Source of the DNA: Anaeromyxobacter sp.
Lineage (GTDB): Bacteria; Myxococcota; Myxococcia; Myxococcales; Anaeromyxobacteraceae
Assembly: GCA_049840735.1 (NCBI GenBank)
Contig: JASGJN010000011.1
Location: 71,951 to 135,950, forward strand
DNA length: 64,000 bases
Direction of reading: 5' to 3'
Numbering within the stretch: the stretch's first letter is position 1; each line of letters starts with the position of its first letter. Made by a program: the position numbers and the translations under genes. This document shows, piece by piece, positions 53,699-64,000 of the stretch. The notes under the pieces were generated by a model. That model was not told where the DNA came from. It saw only the letters and a list, made by a program, of their open reading frames with translations, and did no database searches.

Positions 53699-54616
53699 CT
53701 AGTCGAGGAAGAGATCGTCGGCGTGTTCGCGCAGGGCACGGGCCCTGCGCTGCGCCAGGATGTTGGCGAGCCGGTACTTCGGCTCGGCGCCGGGATCGGC
53801 CCTCAGCACGTCCTCGAGGACCTGGTTGAAGGCGGCCCGGTCCTGGGCCCCCACCAGCACCCCCTCGGCATAGCTGACGAGCGGACCCAGCTTCTTATTC
53901 TTGGACAGCTCCATGGCCCGCGCCAGGTGGCGCTTCACCGCGTCCGGCCCGCCGCCCTCGGCGGCGCTGCGGGTGCTGTCGTAGACCACGAAGAACTCGT
54001 GGATGGCCCCCTCGCCCCAGCGCTCGTCCAGCTGCAGCGCGCGGTCCATCATGGCGATGGCGGTGGGCAGCTCGGCCACCAGCTGCATGTCACCCTTGCC
54101 GTTGGCGATGGCCAGGGTCCAGGCCGAGGCGGTCCAGTAGAGGAGCGGGACGTCCTCCTTCTCGGCCTCCTCGAGCGCGCGGGCGAGGTCGCGCCCCTCC
54201 CGCAGCCGGCGGGCCATGCCCTCGTGCTGCTCCTCCAGGCCGCGCAGGCCGTAGTCGCGCGCGCGCAGCAGGAGCTTCCGCCCGCGCTCGCGCCCGGCGC
54301 GCGCCACGTCCAGCTTGCCGTCCATGTCGGCCAGCTCGGCGTCGGCGATGACGAAGGCGTACGCGTACTGCGTGAAGCCGCTGGCGAGCGCGGTGAGCAG
54401 GCCGACGTGGTCCGGGTTCTCCGTGAGGAGCCCTTCCATCGTCTTGAGGCCGAACGGCACGGCGTCGCGGACCAGCTCCGGGTCCTCGTCGCTGGCGTAG
54501 GTGGAGCCGCTCTGCGCGACGGCGTCGGAGGCGACGTTGAGCGCGGCGCTGCGGCAGCCCGCGAGCGGGCCCAGCGTCAGGAGGAGGCCGAGGAGGGAGA
54601 GTTGGTGGCGCGACAC
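53699..54616 (-). CDS. TRAP transporter T-component (TatT) lipoprotein
   Basis: Lipobox LAGC; EDPELVRDAVPFGLK.MEGLL, YAYAF; adjacent to dctP. Confidence 0.8.
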   Translation of the reverse strand: MSRHQLSLLGLLLTLGPLAGCRSAALNVASDAVAQSGSTYASDEDPELVRDAVPFGLKTMEGLLTENPDHVGLLTALASGFTQYAYAFVIADAELADMDGKLDVARAGRERGRKLLLRARDYGLRGLEEQHEGMARRLREGRDLARALEEAEKEDVPLLYWTASAWTLAIANGKGDMQLVAELPTAIAMMDRALQLDERWGEGAIHEFFVVYDSTRSAAEGGGPDAVKRHLARAMELSKNKKLGPLVSYAEGVLVGAQDRAAFNQVLEDVLRADPGAEPKYRLANILAQRRARALREHADDLFLD

Positions 54617-54700
54617 GGACGGGTCGTGGGTGCGGGTTCGTGGTAGTTGTAGGTGCCCCTCCGAGAGGGGTCAATCCACTTGTTCGAGAGCACCAAAAGC

Positions 54701-56527
54701 ATGAGCACGCCGGCAGCCGCAGAGGGTGAGGGCCAGGGGACCGCGATCGAGCGCGGGCTGGTCACCATCCTGCTCCTCTCCCTGATCCTCATCCCGGCCG
54801 CCTCGGTGGTGGGCCGCTTCGCGGGGCGGGATCTCGCTCGGGGCGTCCCAGCTGGCCCAGCACATCACGCTCTGGGTGGGCTTCCTGGGGCGCTCCTGGC
54901 GACCATCACGGGCCGTCACCTGGCGCTCTCCACCCTGGAGGCCCTCCCGGCCGGTCCGCCGCGGCAGGCTGCCGCGTTCTTCGGCCAGGCGCTGTCTGCG
55001 GCCACCTGCGCGATCCTCGCGCTGGCCTCGGTGGCGGTGGTCCAGAACGAGTGGACGGGCTTCGGCCAGGTGGCCTTCGGGATTCAAGATCGCCTGGAGC
55101 ATGCTGGTGATGCCGGTGGGCTTCGCCGGGATGGCGCTCCGCTTCGCCTGGCGCGCCGGCGCGCACCACGAGCGCGCGGCGCTGCGCTGGGGGCTCCGCG
55201 CGGCGGCGCTGCTGCTGGCGCTGGCGGCGCTGCTGCTGGCCGACGCCGCCCCTGGCCACATGGCGACCGGGCTCCTGCTGCTGCTGCTCGCGGCGGCGTT
55301 CCTGCTGGGCGCGCCGGTCTTCGTCTGCATGGCGGGCGTGGCGACGGTGCTCTTCCTGCGCGATGGCACCGACATCGCCGCGGTGCTGGTGGCCACTCTT
55401 CAGCGTCTCCTCCAAGGAGGCGCTGCCGGCCATCCCGCTCCTCACCGCGGCCGGCTACATCCTGGCCGAGGGCGGCGCGGCGCGCCTGCTGGCGACCGCG
55501 TACAAGGGGCTCTTCGGCTGGATGCCCGGCGGCATCGCCTGGATGGCGACCTTCGTCTGCGCGGTGTTCACCACCTTCACCGGCGCCTCGGTCACCATCC
55601 TGGCGGTGGGCGGCCTGTCGCTCCCCTCGCTGCTGGAGGACCGCTACCCGGAGGACTTCTCGGTGGGACTGGTGACGGCCTCGGGGTCGCTGGGCCTGCT
55701 CTTCCCGCCTTCACTGCCGGTCATCCTGTACGCGGTGGTGGCCCAGATGCCCATGAAGGACCTCTTCGTGGGCGGCTTCCTGCCGGGCCTGCTGATGATC
55801 GTGCTGGTGGCGGGCTACGGCGTGATCATGGGCGTGAGGGCCGGGGTGCCGCGCGTGCCCTTCCGCGGCAGGCAGGCGGGGCTGGCGCTGTGGGAGGCGA
55901 AGTGGGACCTGGGCCTGCCGACGGTGGTGATCGTGGCGGTGGCCACCGGCTTCGCCACGGTGGTGGAGGCGGCGGCGCTGGCAGGGGTCGACCTACTCGC
56001 TCATCGTCGAGCTGCTGGTCTCAAGTCCATCCGCCCGGCGACCTGCCGCGCGTGCTGGTCCACGCGGCGGCGCTGGTGGGCAGCGTGCTGATCCTGCTGG
56101 GCGCCGCCTACGGCCTGACCAACTGGTTCGTGGACGCGGAGGTGCCTACCCGGCTGGTGGACTGGATGCGCGTCCACGTGGACTCGCCCTGGGTCTTCCT
56201 GCTCATGCTCAACGCGGTGCTGCTGGTGCTGGGCAGCGTGCTGGAGATGTACTCGGCCATCGTGGTGCTGGCGCCGCTGGTGGCGCCGCTGGGGCGCCAC
56301 TACGGCATCGACCCCATCCACCTGGGCGTGGTCTTCCTGGCCAACCTGGAGCTGGGCTTCCTGTTCCCGCCCATGGGCCTGAACCTCTTCCTCTCCGCCA
56401 CCCGCTTCGGGAAGCCCTTGCCCTGGGTCTACCGCAAGGCCTTCCCGTTCCTGCTCATCATGAGCGCCGCGGCTATTACCTACCTGCCGGCGCTGACCAC
56501 GGCGTGGTGGCGTTCTTCGGGCCATAG
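54701..56527 (+). CDS. Fused TRAP permease DctQM (multiple frameshifts)
   Basis: DctQ-like N-terminus; [44 protein letters not shown]. Confidence 0.85.
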
Positions 56528-56550
56528 GCCCGGCCCGCGACCCAGGTGAT

Positions 56551-56597
56551 CCGTTCGGCCTGAGCGTAGCCGCCGCCGAGCGGCGGAGTCGAAGGCC
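56551..56597 (+). repeat. REP-like palindromic repeat
   Basis: CCGTTCGGCCTGAGCGTAGCCGC...GCGGCGGAGTCGAAGGCC. Confidence 0.8.
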
Positions 56598-56606
56598 AGG
56601 GATTCA

Positions 56607-57515
<909 letters not shown>

Positions 57516-57604
57516 GGGGGAGAGAAACGGAGTTACAAGTTTCAGGTTTAAAGTTTCAAGTGGGGGCCGGGCCGGGCCTTGAAGAAACTGAGATGAAACC
57601 TCCG

Positions 57605-57700
57605 AGCGAGCTCCCTTCGGCGGCATGACCCGCATCAGGTTCGGAGGGTTCGGGCCGAGGAAGGCCAGTCTCAGTCCCTGCGGTGGGACGCCCCTGTCGT
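57605..57700 (-). promoter_or_regulatory. TPP riboswitch
   Basis: GGGG..CTGAGA..ACCC..GAACCTGATGCGGGTCATGCCGCCGAAGGGA upstream of thiC. Confidence 0.92.
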
Positions 57701-57874
57701 GACGCCGCCATGGTGCGTCCGGTAGGGCAGGGGCGCAATGGGTTTCTGGGGAGAGCGGAGCGTGCGGGGATCAGCGGCTGGCGGGGCAGCGGAGGGTGGC
57801 TGAGCGGGCGGCAAGGGCAAAAACCGTTTGTTATTATATGGAAATTATAATAAATTAAGATGTTTTATCACTAA

Positions 57875-59231
57875 ATGCTGCGGTTTAGCCTCCATCTTTC
57901 ACGTGTTCTGGCCTGCGCCACGTTGCTGCTCCTGGCAGCCACGGCGGCGCGTGCTGACATCGTTTCGGACTGGAACGCCCTGGCGCTCAGCTCCATGACG
58001 GGCTCGGAATCCCCCAGGTGGCGCGGGACATGGCCATCCTGCAGATCTCACATGTACAATGCCGCGCAGAGCATTGAGGGGACGTACAACACCTACGGCA
58101 ACGGCAGCTACGATGCCCCCGGTCCAGGACCTGCGGGCGGCGACTACCAAGCTGCCATGATCGCTGCGGCCAACACGATCATGCAAAATCTCTACCGGGA
58201 TCCAGCAGCAGCGCCACTGCGCTGTACAATTCCCAGATGGGAGCCATCGCCGACAGTCAGGCGAAGTCGGACGGCACCGCGTGGGGCGTCGCCATTGCCA
58301 ACAACATCCTCGCCTGGCGCGCGGCGGACGGCGCTGCGGATGCCGCCAGCACCAGCTACACCCCTGTGGGCACCGTGGGCTACTGGCAGCAGACCTCCTC
58401 GGCCGGTGCTTTGCTGCCGGGCTGGGGCAGTGTCACGCCCTTTGCCGTCCCCACCGTCAGCAGCTACATGCCGTCGCTCCCGGGCGGCTCCGTCACCACC
58501 TACCTGCAGTCCAGCCAGTATGCGGCAGACTACAATCAGGTGAAGGACCTCGGCTCCAAATTCAGCGCCACACGCACCCTGGACCAGACCAATCAGGCGT
58601 ACTTCTGGTCCGCCGGACCGGCACGGTCAAGATGACCGGCATGTGGAATCAGATCGCCCAGGCCGCCGCCACCGCCGCCGGGCTGAGCACTGCAGACACC
58701 GCCCGCCTCATGGCCACGCTCAATGTGGCCATGGCAGATGCCAGCACCGCCGCCATGGCCACCAGCTATGACACCCAGTTCTGGCGTCCGGAGACCGCCA
58801 TCGCCAATGGCGATATCGACGGCAATCCCAGCACCGATGTGAACTCATCGTGGACCCCGCTCATCGCCTCGCCTTCGCTGCCCGAGTTCGTCTCCCTGAA
58901 TGCCACCATCAGCCAGGCCGCCGCCACCGTGCTGGCCTCCTACCTCGGCAACAACGTGGCCTTCAGCCTCGGCAGCGACATCAATGGCGACGGCAGCATC
59001 GACATGACCCGCAATTTCCTCAGCTTCATGCAGGCGGCCAACGAGGCCGGCATGAGCGGCGTCTATTCCGGCACCCAGTTTCTGACCTCCGTCACCGAAG
59101 GCCAGGCCCTCGGGACCAACGTGGCCAACTACGTCCTGGCCAACAACTTTGCCACCGTGCCCGAGCCCACAGGCGCCCTGCTGGCGCTGCTCGGCGGTGT
59201 GTTTCTTTTCAGCACACGCAGACGCCGTTAG
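57875..59231 (+). CDS. PEP-CTERM protein with vanadium haloperoxidase/PAP2 fold (frameshifted)
   Basis: Signal peptide; DWN, YNQVKDLG, WNQIA, ADA, WRPETAI; C-terminal VPEPTG-TM-RRRR; AT-rich upstream region. Confidence 0.75.
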
Positions 59232-59260
59232 ATTGCGGCTCGGCCAGGCGTTCTGTCGCG

Positions 59261-60440
59261 ATGCACCTCCCCGCACGCGCTCTGGTCTCCGCCCTCGTTC
59301 TCTTTCCCGCTCTGCTTCACGCTCTTGATGAGTCAAAGCTGGCCGCCATTCACCCCGCCATGGAGGCTGCGGTCCAGGCGAAGCAGGCGGCGGGCATCGT
59401 CACCCTCGTCATGGAAAAGGGGAAGGTCGTTTACCATGATGCCGCAGGCATGGCAGACGTCGGCAAAGGCCGCCCCATGGAAAAAGACGCCCTGTTCTGG
59501 ATCGCCTCCATGACCAAGTCCATCAACGGCACCGCCGTCATGGTGCTGGTGGACGAGGGCAAGCTCACCCTCGACGACCCCGCCTCCAAATGGCTCCCCA
59601 ACTGGGCAAAGTGAAGCTGGCCGACGGCAGCGCCCCGGAGAAGCCCATCACCCTCCGCATGCTGCTCAGCCACACCGCCGGCATCGCCTTTCCCCGCCGT
59701 GCGCCTTCAGACGGAGCCATCTCGCTGAAGGCCTACGTGTCCTCGCTGCTCAAGACGCCGCTCGCCTTCCAGCCCGGCAGTGCCTACGAGTACGGCTTCG
59801 GCCCACCGTGGCCGGCCGCATCATCGAGCTGGCTTCCGGCATGAAGTATGAGGCGTTTTTGCAGGCCAATCTTCGCCCCGCTGGGCATGAAGGACACGAT
59901 GTTCAATCCCGACGACGCCCACCGCGCCCGCATCGCCCGTACGTACAAGATGGACGACGAAACCCACGAGCTCGTGCCCGGGTACAATCCCTTCGTCACC
60001 AGCGACGCCAGCGTGACCCACATGCCGGAGCCTGCGGGCGGCCTCTTCTCCACCGCTGCAGACATGGGCCGCTTCTACGCCATGATCGCCAACGGCGGCG
60101 AGCTCGGCGGCGTGCGCATCGTCAGCGAAAAATCTGTGAAGGATATGACCACGCCTGTGACCGCCGGCGGTAAACAAATCAACTATGCCTGCGGCTGGCA
60201 GGTGAACACGAAACACAGCGCGTGAACTCCCAGATGCCCGTGGGCAGTTTTGGCCATGGCGGTGCCTTCGCGACGAACGGCTGCATCGACCCGCAGAGCC
60301 AGATCGTTACGGTGTATCTGGTGCAGAACGTGCTCGTCCCTGAGAGCGGGAAGCCTAAGTATTTGTTTCAGAATTTGGTGATGCAATCCGCTGGCGTTAA
60401 AGTTTCTACACCGGTGGCCATGAAGAAAAGCAAACCTTGA
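59261..60440 (+). CDS. Serine hydrolase, beta-lactamase family (frameshifted)
   Basis: IASMTK, LLSHTAG, FQPG..YEY, GGLFST, FGHGG. Confidence 0.85.
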
Positions 60441-60516
60441 ACTAGTCCCTTTCTTCGGCGTGAATCCTGCTCGACAGCGGCCTGCGAGAATGACGTATCA
60501 CACTTCACCCGACATC

Positions 60517-61327
60517 ATGGAAACAGGACTGACCCGGCGCGCTTTTGTCTCCGCCGGGTGTGCAGCGTTCGCTGGAGCGCTGGTGGCCGCCGAGCCGGAG
60601 TTCGTCGCCCCGCTGGGCGTGCCTCTGACCCAGGAGCCGCTGAAGTTTGACTTTGAAGCGCTGGAGCCCTACCTCGACGCAGCGACGCTCAAGCTGCACT
60701 ACGGCAAGCACCACGCTGAGATCCTCGACAAGCTCAACGGCACCCTGCGGGAGATCAATCTGAGCGTGGGCAGCGTCACCACCCTGCTGCCCAACATCCG
60801 CAGCCTGGTGCTGCCGTCGGACCCGCGCCGCATGGTGGTGCGCATGGGCGGCCCGCCGGAAACGCTTTCGGCTGAAAAGCAGCGCGACATCCGCCTGTAT
60901 GGAGGCGCGCATGTGAATCACACCGCCTTCTGGCGTTTTCTACACCGCCGGGCACCGGCCCGAAAGGTCCGGAGGGTCGGGTGGCCGAGGCCATCATCCG
61001 CAGCTTTGGCAGCATCAATGACTTTAAGGCCGCCTTCACGGACGCGGCGCTGAAGCACGTGGGCTCCGGCTGGGTCTTTGCGGTGTACCGTTCCGACGGC
61101 AAGCTCGTCATCACCACGACCAAGAACGAGGACAATCCGCTGATGAAGGACTTTGTGCCTCCGGAACAGTACGGCCGCTTCATCCTCTGCCTCTATCTCT
61201 GGAGCACATCTACTACCTGAAGTATCGGAACGACCGCAGGCAGTATGTCGATGCCTGGTGGAACGTGGTGAACTGGAGCTTCGTCTCCCGCGCCTACGCC
61301 ATCGTCACGTCCAAGGCGCGGGTGTGA
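60517..61327 (+). CDS. Tat-exported Fe/Mn superoxide dismutase (frameshifted)
   Basis: TRRAFV; ALEP, HYGKHH, NHTAFW, GSGW, WEH.YYL.Y, WWNVVNW. Confidence 0.8.
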
Positions 61328-61428
61328 GAAAGGCGGACTCGCTGATGAGTTTTATCTCACTCTGGAAAGCGTCCGCGAGCCTCCCCGGAACAGGCTAAGG
61401 CTCACGCAGACTTTTCCAATCCTTCACG

Positions 61429-62001
61429 CTAGCGGTACAGCTCCGGCATCAGAAAGGGGCGCAGCACCACGGGTGTGAGGTCACGCGGCAGCGGCTTCCA
61501 GGGGTGGCTTTTGTCGTTCTTGCGCAGGCCCCACCAGAGGCGGCCTCCTTTGCGCCAGGGATCGATCACCAGGCCGTCTTCAAAAGGCTGGCCCTTCGCC
61601 GTGACGATGATGCCGTGGTGCTCCTGCCAGGTGTCGCGCTTGGAGGCCGTGAGGTGCATCTCCAGCGTCTTGAGGTTCAGGCGAAACAGGTGGGGAAACA
61701 GGTCGTCCCGCCACTGGTAGCAGAGCCCGCGCTTGCGCAGCCCCGTGTTGACCAGGCCGTTGTTCATCCATGGATAGATGAGGGGCTTGAAGTCGCTGGA
61801 GAGCTCGGCCGATTCTTCGATGGCCGTCTGCGCAAAGCGGTCCGCCTCATGCGCATTCACGGTGGGGCCGAGCCTCTGCAGGTCCTGGCTGAGGCGCTGC
61901 GCCTGCGCCTGCCGGTCAGCCGGTGTTCCCGTGTTGACGCAGGAGGCGACGAGCAGTGGGAGCAGCAGAAGCTGGCAGAGAAGACGCGGAGGAGTAAACA
62001 T
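61429..62001 (-). CDS. Hypothetical lipoprotein
   Basis: Lipobox VASC; RGLCYQW, EHH, DPWR. Confidence 0.7.
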   Translation of the reverse strand: MFTPPRLLCQLLLLPLLVASCVNTGTPADRQAQAQRLSQDLQRLGPTVNAHEADRFAQTAIEESAELSSDFKPLIYPWMNNGLVNTGLRKRGLCYQWRDDLFPHLFRLNLKTLEMHLTASKRDTWQEHHGIIVTAKGQPFEDGLVIDPWRKGGRLWWGLRKNDKSHPWKPLPRDLTPVVLRPFLMPELYR

Positions 62002-62018
62002 GCGGGAGGTAAAAAAGA

Positions 62019-63133
62019 TCAGGAGAGAGGGCCGTGCGCAGCCTCATGCAGCGCACGCGCCTGCTCCTGCCATTTTTCGCGCGCTGCACGGTTTTTGAAT
62101 GCCAGCAATTCACTGAAGGCGCGCAGCCCGCCCTCATCCCAGAGGGCGATCTGCCGCCAGGTCCGCACTCCGTGGGCGCGGAGCTGCTCGCTGATGACTT
62201 TTTTGATGCCCTTGATCGCGAGGTCGTCATCCGGCACACCGGCAAAAGCAGCGGCGCTCGCCCTTCGCCGCCCAGCACCCGGGTTTGATTTTGCAGCTGC
62301 TCAATCTCCGCCGTGGTGGTGGCCAGGCGCTTCTCACTGTCGGCAAAGCTGCGGCGGGCCAGGGCCAGCTCGGCAGCGTCGGGAGGGGATTTGCCCTCGA
62401 GCTTGGCGATGCGCCGCTGCCAGTCATCCGCTCCTGCGTGAGGGTCGAGATGCCCGCCTGCTGTTTGGCCAGCAGCGGCTCCAGCTCGGCGATTTTTTCC
62501 TGCAAAGAGGCGGCGGCGGGAGCCTTCGGCTTGGCCACGGGGCTGCGTTTCCGCTTCGGCTTGGCAGGTGTGGGCTCTGCTGCGGCGGGTGTGGCCTCTG
62601 CGACTGGGGCCGGGGCGTTGCGCAGGCGGTCTATTCGCTTGCGTGCTGTTCAGCTTTGTCTGAGTCGTGGTTAGTTCTGCCTGCGTGGTGGCCACCTTCG
62701 TCTGAGCGGTGGTCAGGTCAGCCAATGCAGCGGCATGCTCGGCGCGCATCGTTGCCAGTTCCGCCGTCAGCCGGGTGCTTTCCGCTTCGAGCGTTTGGGC
62801 TGTGGCGCGTGCCTTCCCGGCTTCATCCTGCTGCTGCAGCGCTGCCGCCTTGGCGGCCTGCAGTTCGCCCCGCAGACCCTGGAGCTCTTGCTTGGCCTGC
62901 TCGCGTTCTGCCGTGGCTGTGGCCGCCAGGGCATCGTCTTCATTTTGAGCGGCGGCGTGTCGGGCCTCGGCCTCACGCAGCCTCGTCTGCGTTTCGCCGA
63001 TCTGCGCCTCGAGCTCCTGCACGCGTTTCTGGAGGTCGCTGCTGTGCCAGTGCCAGCCCAGCCAGCCGAAGACCGCGGCGGTCAGGCCGAGCAGCGGGGC
63101 GAGGTAGAGCAGCAGCCAGAGGAAGGAGGACAT
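62019..63133 (-). CDS. Membrane-anchored coiled-coil protein with C-terminal HhH-like domain (frameshifted)
   Basis: N-terminal TM; long coiled coil; DDL..IKGI...L...GVRTWRQIA.W. Confidence 0.6.
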
Positions 63134-64000
63134 CAGCGGGAGGCGGGTGGGGCAAGATGCAGGCGGAGTTCTTCGATGGCCCCTGGCAGAGAAATTTTCG
63201 GATGACTACCGCAGGCAGACCTGCGGGGAGGAGGCCTGTTTTTCTGGAGTCCGCCCGCTTCCACGAGTGTCGGCGTCACCGGCAGCGCGGTCCAGGTGCC
63301 GCCGGTGTGCTTGGCAACGGCAAACAAGGCGGCGCTGCGGCCTTTGGGCGGCGGCGGCAAGAACTCGAGCGTTTGCAGGATGTCGCCCGCCGGTTCGCAG
63401 TCGCCCCTCACATTCAGTTCGTCGCTGATCACCAAGTACGGCGGGCTGTAGGCTCGGCGCACCGCGGCGATGAGCTGCTCCCGCACGGCTTCTTCGGCGA
63501 CCTGTCCGGAGAGGATGGCTTTGGAGCCAAACAGCACGAGGGAGACGATGGCGGGCTCCAGGCGTTGGGGAGGGCGGGGGCGCTTTGCTGGCATCCCCGT
63601 CGAGCCAGCCGGAGAGCAGGGTGCTGTCGTTCTGCAACGGGCCGGCTTGGAGTCCTGCGGGCAGATTCTCCTTCCACGACTGCTCGGCGGGCGTGATCTG
63701 CCAGTCCACGGGTTTCCAGGCATCCCCGCTCAGGCAGAGAAACATGGATTTGCCTCCGGCCTGCTTCTCCTCGGGCAGCAGCGCCGTGGTGATCGGGCCA
63801 AAGTCTCCCGTGGGCCGGCGCTCCGTGCTCACGCGGATCTCATCATGGATGCGGTGGGGGGAGAAGGTGCTGAGCGCATCGCTGAGCAGGGCCTGCTTCA
63901 TGGCGGCCGTGCCCACCTCCCCGCGCAGAATGATCTGCTTGTCCCGCACCGCCAGAAACAGGTGCTGTTCGGATTCTATCGTGTTTCCCTGATTAACCTT
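63133..64000 (-). CDS. Partial protein with repeated BON-like segments (frameshifted)
   Basis: Repeated ILRGEV/ILSGQV..A.K/RE.L units; stop overlaps the next ATG. Confidence 0.4.

Noticed and set aside
61185..61215. SOD metal-ligand Asp apparently replaced by Tyr (LYLWEH)
   Set aside because: A single-base change next to a frameshift in a low-quality segment; probably a read error

Overview
The window joins two unrelated sequences. Positions 1 to ~56,698 are a very GC-rich myxobacterial chromosome segment (Anaeromyxobacter-like, by gene content and style). It carries housekeeping genes (pyrF, proS, ispG, trxB, ggt, glmU, glmS, thpR, recA, fmt, rsmB, rpe, msrPQ) and a Frz/Wsp-like chemosensory cluster that converges on a rhodanese+MCP pair. 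It also has a TPAT-type TRAP transporter, an ISAs1-family transposase with 17-bp inverted repeats, several dispersed palindromic repeats, and a compact four-gene operon (prolyl-carrier dehydrogenase-like, adenylation enzyme, carrier protein, LbH acyltransferase) that looks like a pyrrole-2-carboxyl cassette without any NRPS/PKS. From ~56,699 to 64,000 the sequence is lower in GC and Verrucomicrobia-like (truncated thiC with TPP riboswitch, PEP-CTERM haloperoxidase-fold protein, serine hydrolase, SOD), most likely a chimeric join or contig concatenation. Many genes are frameshifted. In the first segment about 15 of these frameshifts fall at GATC sites, which points to base-calling errors at a methylated motif rather than true pseudogenes. 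Product calls come from motif recognition only; no database searches were run.
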